In this document: positions 29,683-39,688 of the stretch, piece by piece
How positions within the stretch are numbered: position 1 is the stretch's first letter
How the letters are laid out: the number at the start of each line of letters is the position of its first letter
Assembly (NCBI GenBank): GCA_964515785.1
Contig: CAZEWH010000002.1
Span: 94,182-158,181, forward strand
Length of the DNA: 64,000 nucleotides
Source of the DNA: an uncultured Gammaproteobacteria bacterium
GTDB lineage: Bacteria; Patescibacteriota; Patescibacteriia; UBA1558; GWA2-36-10
Direction of reading: 5' to 3'
Translations under genes and position numbers: made by a program
Notes under the pieces: generated by a model
Told to the model about the DNA's origin: nothing
The model's database searches: none
Seen by the model: only the letters and a program-made list of their open reading frames with translations

Positions 29683-29688
29683 TTTATT

Positions 29689-30291
29689 TTATAATTCAAT
29701 TTCTAAATCCTCCTGTTTTGTTTTGTTATTTTCTTTTTTATGTGAATAATTTGCTTTGATAATATTTTCGACAGCTGCCCAAGTACTATCTGCATCTTGA
29801 GGTACTAGAACTACTACTTCATCACCTTCTTCACCTTTGAAATATGTAATACTAGCCAATAGAATTTTGTAAATCTTGTCCCCTACCAAAGCAACAAATT
29901 CTCCAGAAGTACTATCTTTGACTAAATGACCTACTAAACGTTTACGATTGACTGGACTAATTTGCTTGTAAACAAAGTTACCTGTCTTGTCTATAGATAA
30001 TTTAAGAATATCTCCTTCAACTAGTTTTGACTTTGAAGCATAATTAGCTGGAATAGTATATTGCTTGCCGTCAGGTCCAATCATCATCTGTCCGTTGAAA
30101 ACTCCTTCAATGACCATACCTTCTTCATCATCCGATTGAACACCAACTTCCGCTGCTTTCAAACTATAATCTACAGAATCCTTAGTGCTTCGTCCTGATA
30201 ATTCACCTATAGTCTGTTTGGTCTTTTTTAATTCTAATTCTAGGTTATATACCAAAGATTCAAGCTCTTTTATTTTTTTGGCTTTTGACAT
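29689..30291 (-). CDS. Hypothetical protein (N-terminal coiled coil plus beta domain)
   Basis: IEGVFNGQMMIGPDGKQYTIPANYASKSKLVEGD, recalled as conserved in Patescibacteria. Confidence 0.75.
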   Translation of the reverse strand: MSKAKKIKELESLVYNLELELKKTKQTIGELSGRSTKDSVDYSLKAAEVGVQSDDEEGMVIEGVFNGQMMIGPDGKQYTIPANYASKSKLVEGDILKLSIDKTGNFVYKQISPVNRKRLVGHLVKDSTSGEFVALVGDKIYKILLASITYFKGEEGDEVVVLVPQDADSTWAAVENIIKANYSHKKENNKTKQEDLEIEL

Positions 30292-30368
30292 CTTTTATTT
30301 TTGTTTATATTTTTTGACACTTATAATTTACCATAATTTAAGCTATTTGTCGAGATTGAAGAATATTT

Positions 30369-30397
30369 AAAAACTTCATAATAATTATGAAGTTTTC
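30369..30397. terminator. Probable terminator
   Basis: AAAACTTCATAAT/ATTATGAAGTTTT. Confidence 0.6.
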
Positions 30398-30423
30398 TGG
30401 CTAATCTTAGCAAAAAATATATC

Positions 30424-32880
30424 TTAAACTATTATTCTTTGATCTATTTCATTTTCCACAGTCCTTTTGTCTCGTCCATACTTCATACGAGATAATTCTT
30501 TGATAGCTTGAGCTAGTTCAAAATTACCCTTATCTGGCATGATTGGATTAAAATTAAAAGCAGGTGGATTTTGATTGTCTATTAATAATTTTATATAACA
30601 AGTATATTTTGGCATATTGACCAAATCATATTCAGATACAACTGGAGCCATTTGTTTGGCAATTATTTCAGCATCCTCTACTCCAATACGAGATGAAATG
30701 ATGTTACCAACATTACCAAAGATTGCATCACGGATAGAAGTATCACCATTATTTATAAGTTGACTGATATATTGGTGAGCTAATATCAAGCTCAATCTAT
30801 ATTTACGAGCTTCAGATAAGATAACTGAAATACTATCAGTCATAAAGTTTTGAAACTCATCTATATACATATAAAAATCATTTCGTTCTTGTTCTGCAAT
30901 ATCTACTCGAGACATTGCAGCAAAAAGTAATTTACCTATAACTATCATACCAAGCAAGTTACTATTCATCTCACCGATTTTGCCTTTAGATAAATTAAGC
31001 AAAATAATTTTATTGCTGTCCATTGCTTCTCGAAAATTGAAAGCAGATTTTTGTTGAGCAATAATTGGTCTAATCAAGTCATTGGATATAAAAGGTGTGA
31101 GCTTACTAGTAATATAAGGTACCATGTTAGCAAGAGATGCTTCACCACCAGCTTTTTGTGCTTCTTTTTCCCAAAAATCTTTTACAAAACGATTAGAGAC
31201 CTTAGATAATTTATGTTTACGATAAGTTTCGTCTGCCAAAACTCTAGGGATTTCTAATAGGGTTGCTCCAGATTCTTTATCATCCATGATAAGCATCATG
31301 GCATTGCGCATGTATTGTTCAAACATTGGACCACCAGTAGCCTTGAGATCATAGAGCTTGTCAAAAATATTTATCATTTCATTGATGACAAAAGTTTTCT
31401 GTTCGTCATCGTCATACTCCAACATATTCATACCTAGTGGTCGGTCTGCATCAGCCGGATCAAATATAATGACATCTTCAGCTCGCTCTTTTGGTACATG
31501 AGTCAAAATTGATTCAATCAAATCACCATGTGGATCTACTATACAAACACCTTTTCCATTTTGTATATCTTGGATAGCCAAACTTTGTAAAAAAACTGAT
31601 TTACCAGTACCAGTTTTACCAATAAAATACATATGATGACGGCGATCAGCATCTTTGATACGTACCATGGTCTTTTTACCACGATATATATTTTCACCAA
31701 GAATAACCCCTTCTTGAGGCATATTGGCTGGTGGTGGAGCTTTGACGGATTCTAACCAATCAATATTTGGTGTTTCAGTAGTTGGTAATGGTAAATGTAT
31801 GACAGAAACCATTTCTTCAGCATTTAGAATCATTTTTTGAGCAGGAATAAAATGTCTATAGATAAAATGTTGAACTATAGAATCTGGTTTATTTTGAATA
31901 TTAGCCTTAAAACTATTACCAAATTCATATATATTATATTGACTATAACTGTTTAAAATATCAGATAAAACAATTTGTGAACGATCTGCAGTTTTGGTAG
32001 CAACGATCATGCGGATATTAACATCAAGACCAGATTTAGAAGTTTTTTCTTCCATGCCCTTAGCTTTTTGTTGTTCCATTTCAGAAAGTTGATATTTATC
32101 AGGTGTATTTATTTGTTGAGGATTATTTGTATCTGTTTTACTGGTTTTTACAAAACTAAATAAGAAACCAAAAATTTTTATTATATTAGCAAAAAATCCA
32201 GCACCACCGACTTTTTTGAGAGCATCAGCAAAAGACATGCCTTGGTGCATGTTTTGGGCAATTTTTCGTCCCCGTGCATGCCATTTTCTTGGTGCTGAAC
32301 GAAAAACATATTGAATAGCTGCTGATTCATCTTCTCCTAATTTACTCAAAGAATTGGTAACACCTTCTAAAGGATCTACTTCAAAAGTTTGATAAGTTTT
32401 GATTGGTAAAGAAAAATCATTTGTAAATTTTAGATTTCCTGCCATTATTTGGCTATCTGCTTGAAAAATATTATAATCATCAACGCTTTCAAAATAAATT
32501 TTTGGATAAACTGATTGCAATTGTTGTACAAAAAAATCTTTGTATTTTACAGGAACAGCTGCATAAAAACTAATAAAACCTTGAGTAGAAACTATTTCAA
32601 TAGAAAATAAATCAATCCGTGGTTTAAATAATTTTTTGTCCACTTTGAGCCCAGCTATAGCAGTAAAAAGATTTTCTATTTTGCCTAGAGAATTTTTTAT
32701 ATAGTCTCCAGTTAATTCTTCTTTGTCTTGTTGAGTATATTTAGGAATTTTAATTAATAAAATTTCTAATTTTAAATTTTTATTAGATTTATTTTGTTTT
32801 ATTCTAAGCAAAAACCAACCTAATATTAATAAGGCAAAAAATACAATACTAGCTATAATAATCAGCAAATAATCCTCCAT
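30424..32880 (-). CDS. Membrane-anchored TraD/TrwB-like ATPase (fused form)
   Basis: N-terminal TM and partner domain, then GKTGTGKS, VDPHGDL, YIDEFQNF, LSEARKYRL. Confidence 0.9.
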   Translation of the reverse strand: MEDYLLIIIASIVFFALLILGWFLLRIKQNKSNKNLKLEILLIKIPKYTQQDKEELTGDYIKNSLGKIENLFTAIAGLKVDKKLFKPRIDLFSIEIVSTQGFISFYAAVPVKYKDFFVQQLQSVYPKIYFESVDDYNIFQADSQIMAGNLKFTNDFSLPIKTYQTFEVDPLEGVTNSLSKLGEDESAAIQYVFRSAPRKWHARGRKIAQNMHQGMSFADALKKVGGAGFFANIIKIFGFLFSFVKTSKTDTNNPQQINTPDKYQLSEMEQQKAKGMEEKTSKSGLDVNIRMIVATKTADRSQIVLSDILNSYSQYNIYEFGNSFKANIQNKPDSIVQHFIYRHFIPAQKMILNAEEMVSVIHLPLPTTETPNIDWLESVKAPPPANMPQEGVILGENIYRGKKTMVRIKDADRRHHMYFIGKTGTGKSVFLQSLAIQDIQNGKGVCIVDPHGDLIESILTHVPKERAEDVIIFDPADADRPLGMNMLEYDDDEQKTFVINEMINIFDKLYDLKATGGPMFEQYMRNAMMLIMDDKESGATLLEIPRVLADETYRKHKLSKVSNRFVKDFWEKEAQKAGGEASLANMVPYITSKLTPFISNDLIRPIIAQQKSAFNFREAMDSNKIILLNLSKGKIGEMNSNLLGMIVIGKLLFAAMSRVDIAEQERNDFYMYIDEFQNFMTDSISVILSEARKYRLSLILAHQYISQLINNGDTSIRDAIFGNVGNIISSRIGVEDAEIIAKQMAPVVSEYDLVNMPKYTCYIKLLIDNQNPPAFNFNPIMPDKGNFELAQAIKELSRMKYGRDKRTVENEIDQRIIV

Positions 32881-32889
32881 TTTAAATAC

Positions 32890-33363
32890 TTATTTGTTTT
32901 TGTACATATTTATAATATTCTCAGCTTTTATTTTAGCTTCTTGTTCTATATAGTGTTTGTTTACTTGAGGAATAATACGCAACCATTCCAAAATAAGGGA
33001 AGTAATTTTTTGTACTGTTGCTTTACCTTTTTGTAACAATGAAGTGATCTGACGACCAGTCTGTTCACCTTTTGTTTTAAATTTGTGTTGAGTAGCTACA
33101 TCCATACTCAAAAAAGCTTTGTCCATATTATTAGACAAGATCTCTTCTACTTGTTGTAAAATAATCTGAGTATTAGCTACTGGTGCAGTTACTTGATTGG
33201 TATCGTCTGGTAAGTTTACTTCAAGTGGAGTAGTTTCTTGTTCTATGGTAGCTTTAAGTTCTGGAGCTTGTTCTATAGATTGACCAGTATCAGTAACTTG
33301 TTCAGTATTAGGTGTTTGTTCTACAACATTTGGTATTTGTTCTATGTTTGGATTATCTGGCAT
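32890..33363 (-). CDS. Hypothetical protein
   Basis: Disordered N-terminus plus helical domain WLRIIPQVNKHYIEQEAKIK; operonic with the ATPase. Confidence 0.75.
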   Translation of the reverse strand: MPDNPNIEQIPNVVEQTPNTEQVTDTGQSIEQAPELKATIEQETTPLEVNLPDDTNQVTAPVANTQIILQQVEEILSNNMDKAFLSMDVATQHKFKTKGEQTGRQITSLLQKGKATVQKITSLILEWLRIIPQVNKHYIEQEAKIKAENIINMYKNK

Positions 33364-33370
33364 AAATTTA

Positions 33371-33823
33371 TTATAACAGATTTTGTCTTTTTAAGTAAGA
33401 TTGCACAAAATTAAAAATAATTTCTGTGTCATAAAGATTAGATAAATAATAATTTTTGTTGTTTTCTAAAACCAACATAATGTTATTAGATTTTTTCTTA
33501 ACAGCTTTTATTTTAGATAATCTTATAAAACCAGCTTGCAAATATTGACTACCAGTTTTAGTGATGTTAATAATTCTTTGATTTGTCAATAAATAATAAT
33601 GTTCTTGTTGTATTAGTTCTTTACTTAACAAAAATAACAAAATAATTATTACACCAATCCACAAATAAATACCTTGGCGACCAGCTTGCCACATAGGAAA
33701 AAGTATAAAAAAAGCCATTAATATCAAAAATAAGATAATAAATTTTTTATAGGCCACGGGACGAGCTTGAACAACCTTTTTTAAAACTTCCCCATTTCGT
33801 AAAAATTTGTTAAACTTATTCAT
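33371..33823 (-). CDS. Membrane protein with bacterial PH-like domain
   Basis: LRNGEV, two TM helices, YLLTNQRII. Confidence 0.7.
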   Translation of the reverse strand: MNKFNKFLRNGEVLKKVVQARPVAYKKFIILFLILMAFFILFPMWQAGRQGIYLWIGVIIILLFLLSKELIQQEHYYLLTNQRIINITKTGSQYLQAGFIRLSKIKAVKKKSNNIMLVLENNKNYYLSNLYDTEIIFNFVQSYLKRQNLL

Positions 33824-33826
33824 AGT

Positions 33827-33922
33827 ATGACTAGAAAAACCCAAAAAAGAATATGGATGGTCTTGGGCATATTTATTATTTTGTCCATGATCTTATGGAC
33901 AGTTGGTATATCTTATTATTAA
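33827..33922 (+). CDS. 31-aa single-TM microprotein (DUF4044/Prli42-like; not in ORF track)
   Basis: MTRKTQKRIWMVLGIFIILSMILWTVGISYY fills the intergenic gap. Confidence 0.65.
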   Translation: MTRKTQKRIWMVLGIFIILSMILWTVGISYY

Positions 33923-33923
33923 A

Positions 33924-35690
33924 CTATTTTTTGAGTACGGCTAAATAAGCTTCTTGAGGAATGTCCACTTTGCCAGATTTGGCCATTCTTTTTTTACCCT
34001 TTTTTTGCTTTTCCAAGAGTTTTCGTTTGCGAGTTACATCGCCACCGTATAATTTGGCAGTTACATCTTTACGTAAAGCTGATAATCTTTCAGCTGCTAC
34101 TATTTTACCGCCAATTGCTGCTTGAATTTTCAAAACAAATTGTTGTTGGGGTAAAACTTCCTTGAGTTTTTTGACTATTCGCTTACCTACTTTATGAGCC
34201 TCATCTTTATAGACTAGGGTAGTCAGAGCTTCAACTGGATCTTCAGCAATCAAAATATCCATTTTGACTAGTTCACAAGTTCGATAATCTGCAAAATCAT
34301 AATTTAAAGAAGCATAACCAGATGATAAGCTTTTTATATTGTCATAAAAATCTACTAAAATACTAGATAATGGTATATCATAACGTAAAATAACTCTATT
34401 GGTATCTAAATATTCAGTGTCTTTGGAAATACCTTTTTGTTGGACTATATATTCCATTAGATTACCAACATATTGTTTGGGTGTAACTACTTCTATATGC
34501 ATAAATGGTTCTTCAATGTGACCAATATGACTCGCATCAGGCATTTCAGATGGTGTAGTCAAGGTTATTTCTTCATTATTACTTAAAAATAACTTATAAG
34601 CTACTGTCGGAGTAGTAACAACTAATTGTATATTAAACTCTCTATTTAATCTTTCTTGGAATATTTCAAGATGAAGTAAACCCAAAAAACCACAGCGAAA
34701 ACCAAAGCCTAAAGCTTGTGAATTAATAGGTTCATAAACTAAACTAGAGTCACTAAGTTTTAATTTTAGTATAGCTTCTCTAAGTTTTTGGTAATCATTT
34801 CCTTCTTGTGGAAAAATACCAGCATAAACCATTGGTTTGATAGCTTTATACCCAGCTAAAGCCGGAGTGTCAGCTTTTTGTTTTATAATAGTATCACCTA
34901 CTTGAGCATTTTTAAGATCTTTGACTCCAGTAGTCAAATAACCAATTTCGCCAGATTTCAAAATATCAGTACTAATAGTTTGTGGTTTAAATATTCCAGC
35001 ATCCAAGACTTCTGTATCTTGATTGGTCATGGCAAATTTTATTTTATCACCTTTACAAATTTCACCACCAAACAAACGAACATAGATCACTACACCTCGA
35101 TACTCATCATAAGTAGAATCAAAAATAAGGGCTTGAGTTTCTTCGGTTGTTTTTGTTGGAGCAGGAACTTGTTTGATAATTTTATCTAAGATTTCCTCTA
35201 CTCCTTGACCAGTTTTGGCTGAAGTCATTAATATATCTTCTTGCTTGCAACCAAGTAAATTGACAATTTCCTGACTAACAGTATCTACATCAGAAGCTGG
35301 TAAGTCTATCTTATTTATAACAGGAATTATTTCTAAATTTTGTTCCATAGCTAGGTAAAGATTGGCTAGAGTCTGAGCTTCTATACCTTGGGTAGCATCA
35401 ACTAATAATATAGCTCCTTCGACTGCAGCTAATGAACGAGAAACCTCATAAGTAAAATCAACATGACCTGGAGTGTCAATTAAATTCAAAATATGCCCAC
35501 CATATTCCATACGAGCGGGCTGAAGTTTGATAGTAATACCACGTTCTCTTTCTAAATCCATCTGATCAAGCATTTGATCTTTCATCTTGCGTTTTTCTAC
35601 GGTATTGGTCAATTCTAACATGCGATCGGCCAGAGTAGATTTTCCGTGATCTATATGAGCTATGATACAAAAATTACGTATTTTTTCCAT
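33924..35690 (-). CDS. lepA: Translation factor EF-4
   Basis: IRNFCIIAHIDHGKSTLADR, GFRCGFLGLLH, RKDVTAKLYGGDVTRKRKLLEKQK. Confidence 0.99.
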   Translation of the reverse strand: MEKIRNFCIIAHIDHGKSTLADRMLELTNTVEKRKMKDQMLDQMDLERERGITIKLQPARMEYGGHILNLIDTPGHVDFTYEVSRSLAAVEGAILLVDATQGIEAQTLANLYLAMEQNLEIIPVINKIDLPASDVDTVSQEIVNLLGCKQEDILMTSAKTGQGVEEILDKIIKQVPAPTKTTEETQALIFDSTYDEYRGVVIYVRLFGGEICKGDKIKFAMTNQDTEVLDAGIFKPQTISTDILKSGEIGYLTTGVKDLKNAQVGDTIIKQKADTPALAGYKAIKPMVYAGIFPQEGNDYQKLREAILKLKLSDSSLVYEPINSQALGFGFRCGFLGLLHLEIFQERLNREFNIQLVVTTPTVAYKLFLSNNEEITLTTPSEMPDASHIGHIEEPFMHIEVVTPKQYVGNLMEYIVQQKGISKDTEYLDTNRVILRYDIPLSSILVDFYDNIKSLSSGYASLNYDFADYRTCELVKMDILIAEDPVEALTTLVYKDEAHKVGKRIVKKLKEVLPQQQFVLKIQAAIGGKIVAAERLSALRKDVTAKLYGGDVTRKRKLLEKQKKGKKRMAKSGKVDIPQEAYLAVLKK

Positions 35691-37263
35691 TTCTAAATAA
35701 TAATATAAATTTCTTTAAAAACTTTCTGACAATATCTATTTCATCAAGTCTAAACACTATACTTAAAATCAGGTAACTAAGCAAGCCTAATACAGCTGAG
35801 CCAACACCTTGTGTAAAAATCCCCCAAAATTTTTGCATATCTACTAGTGGTGCAATAATTTGTAGACTACCATAAGTAACACTACCTGCTACAAAAGAAA
35901 GTAAAGATATTTTTAATAAAGAATTCAAAATTTTTGTATTATCAATAATAGAAATTTTATTTTGCAAAATAATATATAAAATAAACATATTAATAATACT
36001 AGCTATCGAAAATGCTAGGGCTAATCCAATCACGCCAAATATATTTGCTAGAGAAAAAGATAATATAATATTTATAAAAATAGAAACAATCCCGACAGCT
36101 GTTGGTGTTTTGGTATCTTCAAAAGCATAAAAAGCTCTTGCTAAAATAGGTATCAGACCTTGAGCAAATATAGATAAAGCAAAAAATCCCAAAGCTTGAG
36201 CAATATGTAATGTATTGTCCCAAGTCAAAGCTCCGGTTCCCAAAATAACTCTGACAATTTGAGCTCTTAATATTACAATCATAATTGAGATTGGTATCAA
36301 AACATACAAAATCCTTCGGATAGTAATAGAAAAACTTTCTGCAAACAATGATTGTTTATTTTCAGAAATAGCCTGAGTAAAAGTAGGAAAGGCTGCCACA
36401 GCTAAGGAAACAGCAAAAAGACTAATAGGTAAAGATTGCAAATTATTAGCTAGATTAAAAACCGCAATACTACCAGCTGTCAAAGTAGAAGCTACCATAG
36501 TAATAACTACTAGATTTACCTGACCAGCAGCTAAACCAATAGTACGTGGGATCATTAGTTTTAGTATTTTTTTTAGATGTTTATCAAATTTTAAAACAAA
36601 TTTATATCTCCATCCGTATTTTATTATTTCTGGTAACTGAGCTACTAAATGCATACCAGCTCCAAGTAAAACACCCCAAGCCAGACCTATCAAACCTAGA
36701 CGAGGGTAAAAATAAATTATTCCAATAATAATGCCTATATTATACAGACTAGCTGCTAGAGAAAAGCTAAAAAATCTTTTCCAAGAGTTTAAAATACCAC
36801 CCATTACTGTAGATACTACAAAAAACAACACAGCTACTAGCATTACTCTGGTCAGATCTACTACTTGCTCAAGTTGCCAAGCTTGAAAACCAGGGGTAAT
36901 ATAAGGCATTATTTGCGGGGCAAAAATAATAGCTACAATAACCAAAAAGCCAATAAACAACATAAAAGCATTAATCACAGAATTAGCCAAAACATTGCCA
37001 TCTGCTTTGCTTTTGAGCCAAACTTTTTGGAAAACAGGGATAAAAGCTGAAGTAAAGGCCCCTAAAACAAAAGTGTTAAAAATCAAATCAGGCAATCTAA
37101 AAGCTGAGTAGTATATATCAGATAATTCACTAGCACCAAAGTTTCCAGCAATCAAGCGTTCTCTAATTAAACCAAATAATTTTGATAAAAAAGAAAAAAA
37201 GGAAATCAAAAAAGCACCTCCAATAACGGTGTTATTTATTTTGTACCACAATTTATTCCACAT
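35674..37263 (-). CDS. murJ: Lipid II flippase MurJ
   Basis: SKLFGLIRE, AFRLPD, GAFTSAFIPVF, RAFYAFEDTKTP. Confidence 0.95.
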   Translation of the reverse strand: MWNKLWYKINNTVIGGAFLISFFSFLSKLFGLIRERLIAGNFGASELSDIYYSAFRLPDLIFNTFVLGAFTSAFIPVFQKVWLKSKADGNVLANSVINAFMLFIGFLVIVAIIFAPQIMPYITPGFQAWQLEQVVDLTRVMLVAVLFFVVSTVMGGILNSWKRFFSFSLAASLYNIGIIIGIIYFYPRLGLIGLAWGVLLGAGMHLVAQLPEIIKYGWRYKFVLKFDKHLKKILKLMIPRTIGLAAGQVNLVVITMVASTLTAGSIAVFNLANNLQSLPISLFAVSLAVAAFPTFTQAISENKQSLFAESFSITIRRILYVLIPISIMIVILRAQIVRVILGTGALTWDNTLHIAQALGFFALSIFAQGLIPILARAFYAFEDTKTPTAVGIVSIFINIILSFSLANIFGVIGLALAFSIASIINMFILYIILQNKISIIDNTKILNSLLKISLLSFVAGSVTYGSLQIIAPLVDMQKFWGIFTQGVGSAVLGLLSYLILSIVFRLDEIDIVRKFLKKFILLFRNGKNT

Positions 37264-37265
37264 GA

Positions 37266-39680
37266 TTATTTGGCGGCTATAATAAATCCAAAATACTGAT
37301 CACGCTCTAATTTATTTGAATACTTAATCAGATGATCTGTAATACTCATCTTAGATTGATCAGAGGCAGTATTCCAAACTATTTTGGTATTATTTGGTAA
37401 TAAAATAGAAGAATTAAAAATAGTACCATGAATACCAGATTGTGAACTAACTAATAAACTATAATTAGCTAAGCTCAAATCTTTTTTATAAATTTCTTGC
37501 CACCAATTATTTACTAATTTATTGCCTAGGTCTAATTTGAATGGTAATTTGTATTTGATAGAAACAGTCTGACTTTCCCCTGGCTTGATCATTATCCAAT
37601 TTGCAAAAACTGTTTTGTCTAAACTAGTATATATTTCAGTTTGAGAAACTCCATCTATTAATTTTGTTTCTTCATGAGCTAAAGTTTCATCCGATTGAGC
37701 CAAATAATCTGTAGTTCTAAAGAATTCTTCTGGCATATCATCAAAACCAATTGCTTCTACAAATTCACTACCCAAGGGGGTATAAATTCGCAAATAACTA
37801 ACATTACCACCGTACAAACCTGCTAATGGATTATCACCATTGTCGTTATTTATCCTAGTAACACGAACAGTATCAAAAATTTCACCGTTAGCATCTATTT
37901 CAACTTGATGATCAATGGTTTGTTGAATTTCATTGTCTGTTTTACCACCTGCTATATTGGTATTGACTACTGCCAAAAAATCTTTGTCATTATTAACCAT
38001 ACTACCAGACCAACCAAAATCATCTATTTTATTTTGTAGATTTATATCTTCCAAATATAGTTGAATATCTTTGCTAGCTAGATTAGCAGCAAAAGTATTG
38101 ATTATTTCTTTTTGTTGATCTTTGAAAGATAACAATTTATCTAAAACAAGGGGTACTAAATCGCTAATTACAGCTTTTGGTTGATTGGTTTCTTTGTCAT
38201 AGTTTATTTCTACTTCTTCTTGTATGACATCAAAGACATTATCAGCTGTAATAGTTATATCGTATTCTTCTAGATAGATTGGACCCAAAATTTTTAATAA
38301 ATCTTGTAATACTTTGGCGTTGATAGCAATCACACCATCGACAGAAGATCCACCGCTATTTTGAAACATATTACTAATTTTTTGAGCCGAAGTAGGAAAA
38401 TCAGGCCACCAATTGGCATCCCAAATATTAAAATGTTGATTAACCAATGATAAAGCTTTTGGAGCTCTATATTTTATAGTCTGACCACTATCTAGATCAT
38501 AAGTACCACCACCAGGTATTTCCAAATCAATAACCTGACCTTGATAAACATCAAATAAAGCATAAGAACCAATAAAACCACCAGTAGCTCTAAGTTCGTT
38601 GTTATTCTGAAATAAAATTAAATATCTTTTTTCTTTGCTATGACCTAAAACTTCCAATAAAACACTAAAAATTTCATTCAGATTTTTAAGATTAGAAACC
38701 GTACTTGGTAAATATAATTTTAGTTTATCTAGGTTTTCTCCTAGATTATTTGGTAACAAATTACTAGAAATATTGTTTAGATCTGTTTGAGCATTTTCTA
38801 AATATGGGATAGTCTGGCTTATTTGTTGATTAATAACAAACAAATTTTCAGTAAGATTATCTTGATCTTGTAAATTTTGATTTAAAATAGTAGCAGCTTC
38901 TGAAATATTGGTAGCGACGTTAAGCATATTTCTACTCAAAGACAAGGGTTTGCCAACTATTGGCATCATAGAAGTAATATCTAACATCCACTGATGGTAT
39001 TCATCAAGTACACCTTGAGCTTGTCTAAAATTTGATAAAGCTTGTTCAAAATCATCCTGTGCTTCATTGTATGAATTTGATGAAGCCGATAAAACTCCAG
39101 CTTGAAGATCTATTAAACCTTGTTGTCCAAATTGCCAAATTTTATCTTTATCTGTGTTAATATTTTGTATAAAAACTAAGCCTCTAATAGGCAATAAAAT
39201 AATAGCTATTACTAAAGCAAAGGCTACTAGACGACTAGCTACATGATTTAGTTTTAATCTTTTCCAATTTATAGAAAAACTTATTTTTTCTTTAGTTTTG
39301 GAATCAGGATAATAATATTCAATATCTTGATCTTCTTTTTTCCCTTTTTTATTGTTTGCTAATATTTGCCAAAAACTGACTGGTTTTTCAAATTTTGTCA
39401 AAATCTTTTTTTCCTTTTTTACAGGTCGACTGACTTGTCGTAAATCTAATAAATGTTCAGAATGTTTGCCTTGTTCTATTACTTCTTCTTTAACAGTAGC
39501 CTTGATACTAGATAAAACTTGACTATAAGATAAATCTTGTTTTATTAATTTATCTAATTCATTAAGAGCAGCTTTTTTAACTTGAGTGTTATCTGTTCTG
39601 GCTTCAAACAAAAATTGATCTAAATCATTGATTAAATCTTTTTTTAGTTCTGCAGTATTTATTTTTTTCTTTCTTGGCAT
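37266..39680 (-). CDS. DUF4012-domain membrane-anchored protein
   Basis: YLILFQNNNELRATGGFIGS, DANWWPDFPTSA, VNTNIAGGK; start placed at ATG 39680 just after TGGTATAAT. Confidence 0.88.
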   Translation of the reverse strand: MPRKKKINTAELKKDLINDLDQFLFEARTDNTQVKKAALNELDKLIKQDLSYSQVLSSIKATVKEEVIEQGKHSEHLLDLRQVSRPVKKEKKILTKFEKPVSFWQILANNKKGKKEDQDIEYYYPDSKTKEKISFSINWKRLKLNHVASRLVAFALVIAIILLPIRGLVFIQNINTDKDKIWQFGQQGLIDLQAGVLSASSNSYNEAQDDFEQALSNFRQAQGVLDEYHQWMLDITSMMPIVGKPLSLSRNMLNVATNISEAATILNQNLQDQDNLTENLFVINQQISQTIPYLENAQTDLNNISSNLLPNNLGENLDKLKLYLPSTVSNLKNLNEIFSVLLEVLGHSKEKRYLILFQNNNELRATGGFIGSYALFDVYQGQVIDLEIPGGGTYDLDSGQTIKYRAPKALSLVNQHFNIWDANWWPDFPTSAQKISNMFQNSGGSSVDGVIAINAKVLQDLLKILGPIYLEEYDITITADNVFDVIQEEVEINYDKETNQPKAVISDLVPLVLDKLLSFKDQQKEIINTFAANLASKDIQLYLEDINLQNKIDDFGWSGSMVNNDKDFLAVVNTNIAGGKTDNEIQQTIDHQVEIDANGEIFDTVRVTRINNDNGDNPLAGLYGGNVSYLRIYTPLGSEFVEAIGFDDMPEEFFRTTDYLAQSDETLAHEETKLIDGVSQTEIYTSLDKTVFANWIMIKPGESQTVSIKYKLPFKLDLGNKLVNNWWQEIYKKDLSLANYSLLVSSQSGIHGTIFNSSILLPNNTKIVWNTASDQSKMSITDHLIKYSNKLERDQYFGFIIAAK

Positions 39681-39688
39681 TGAGTATA

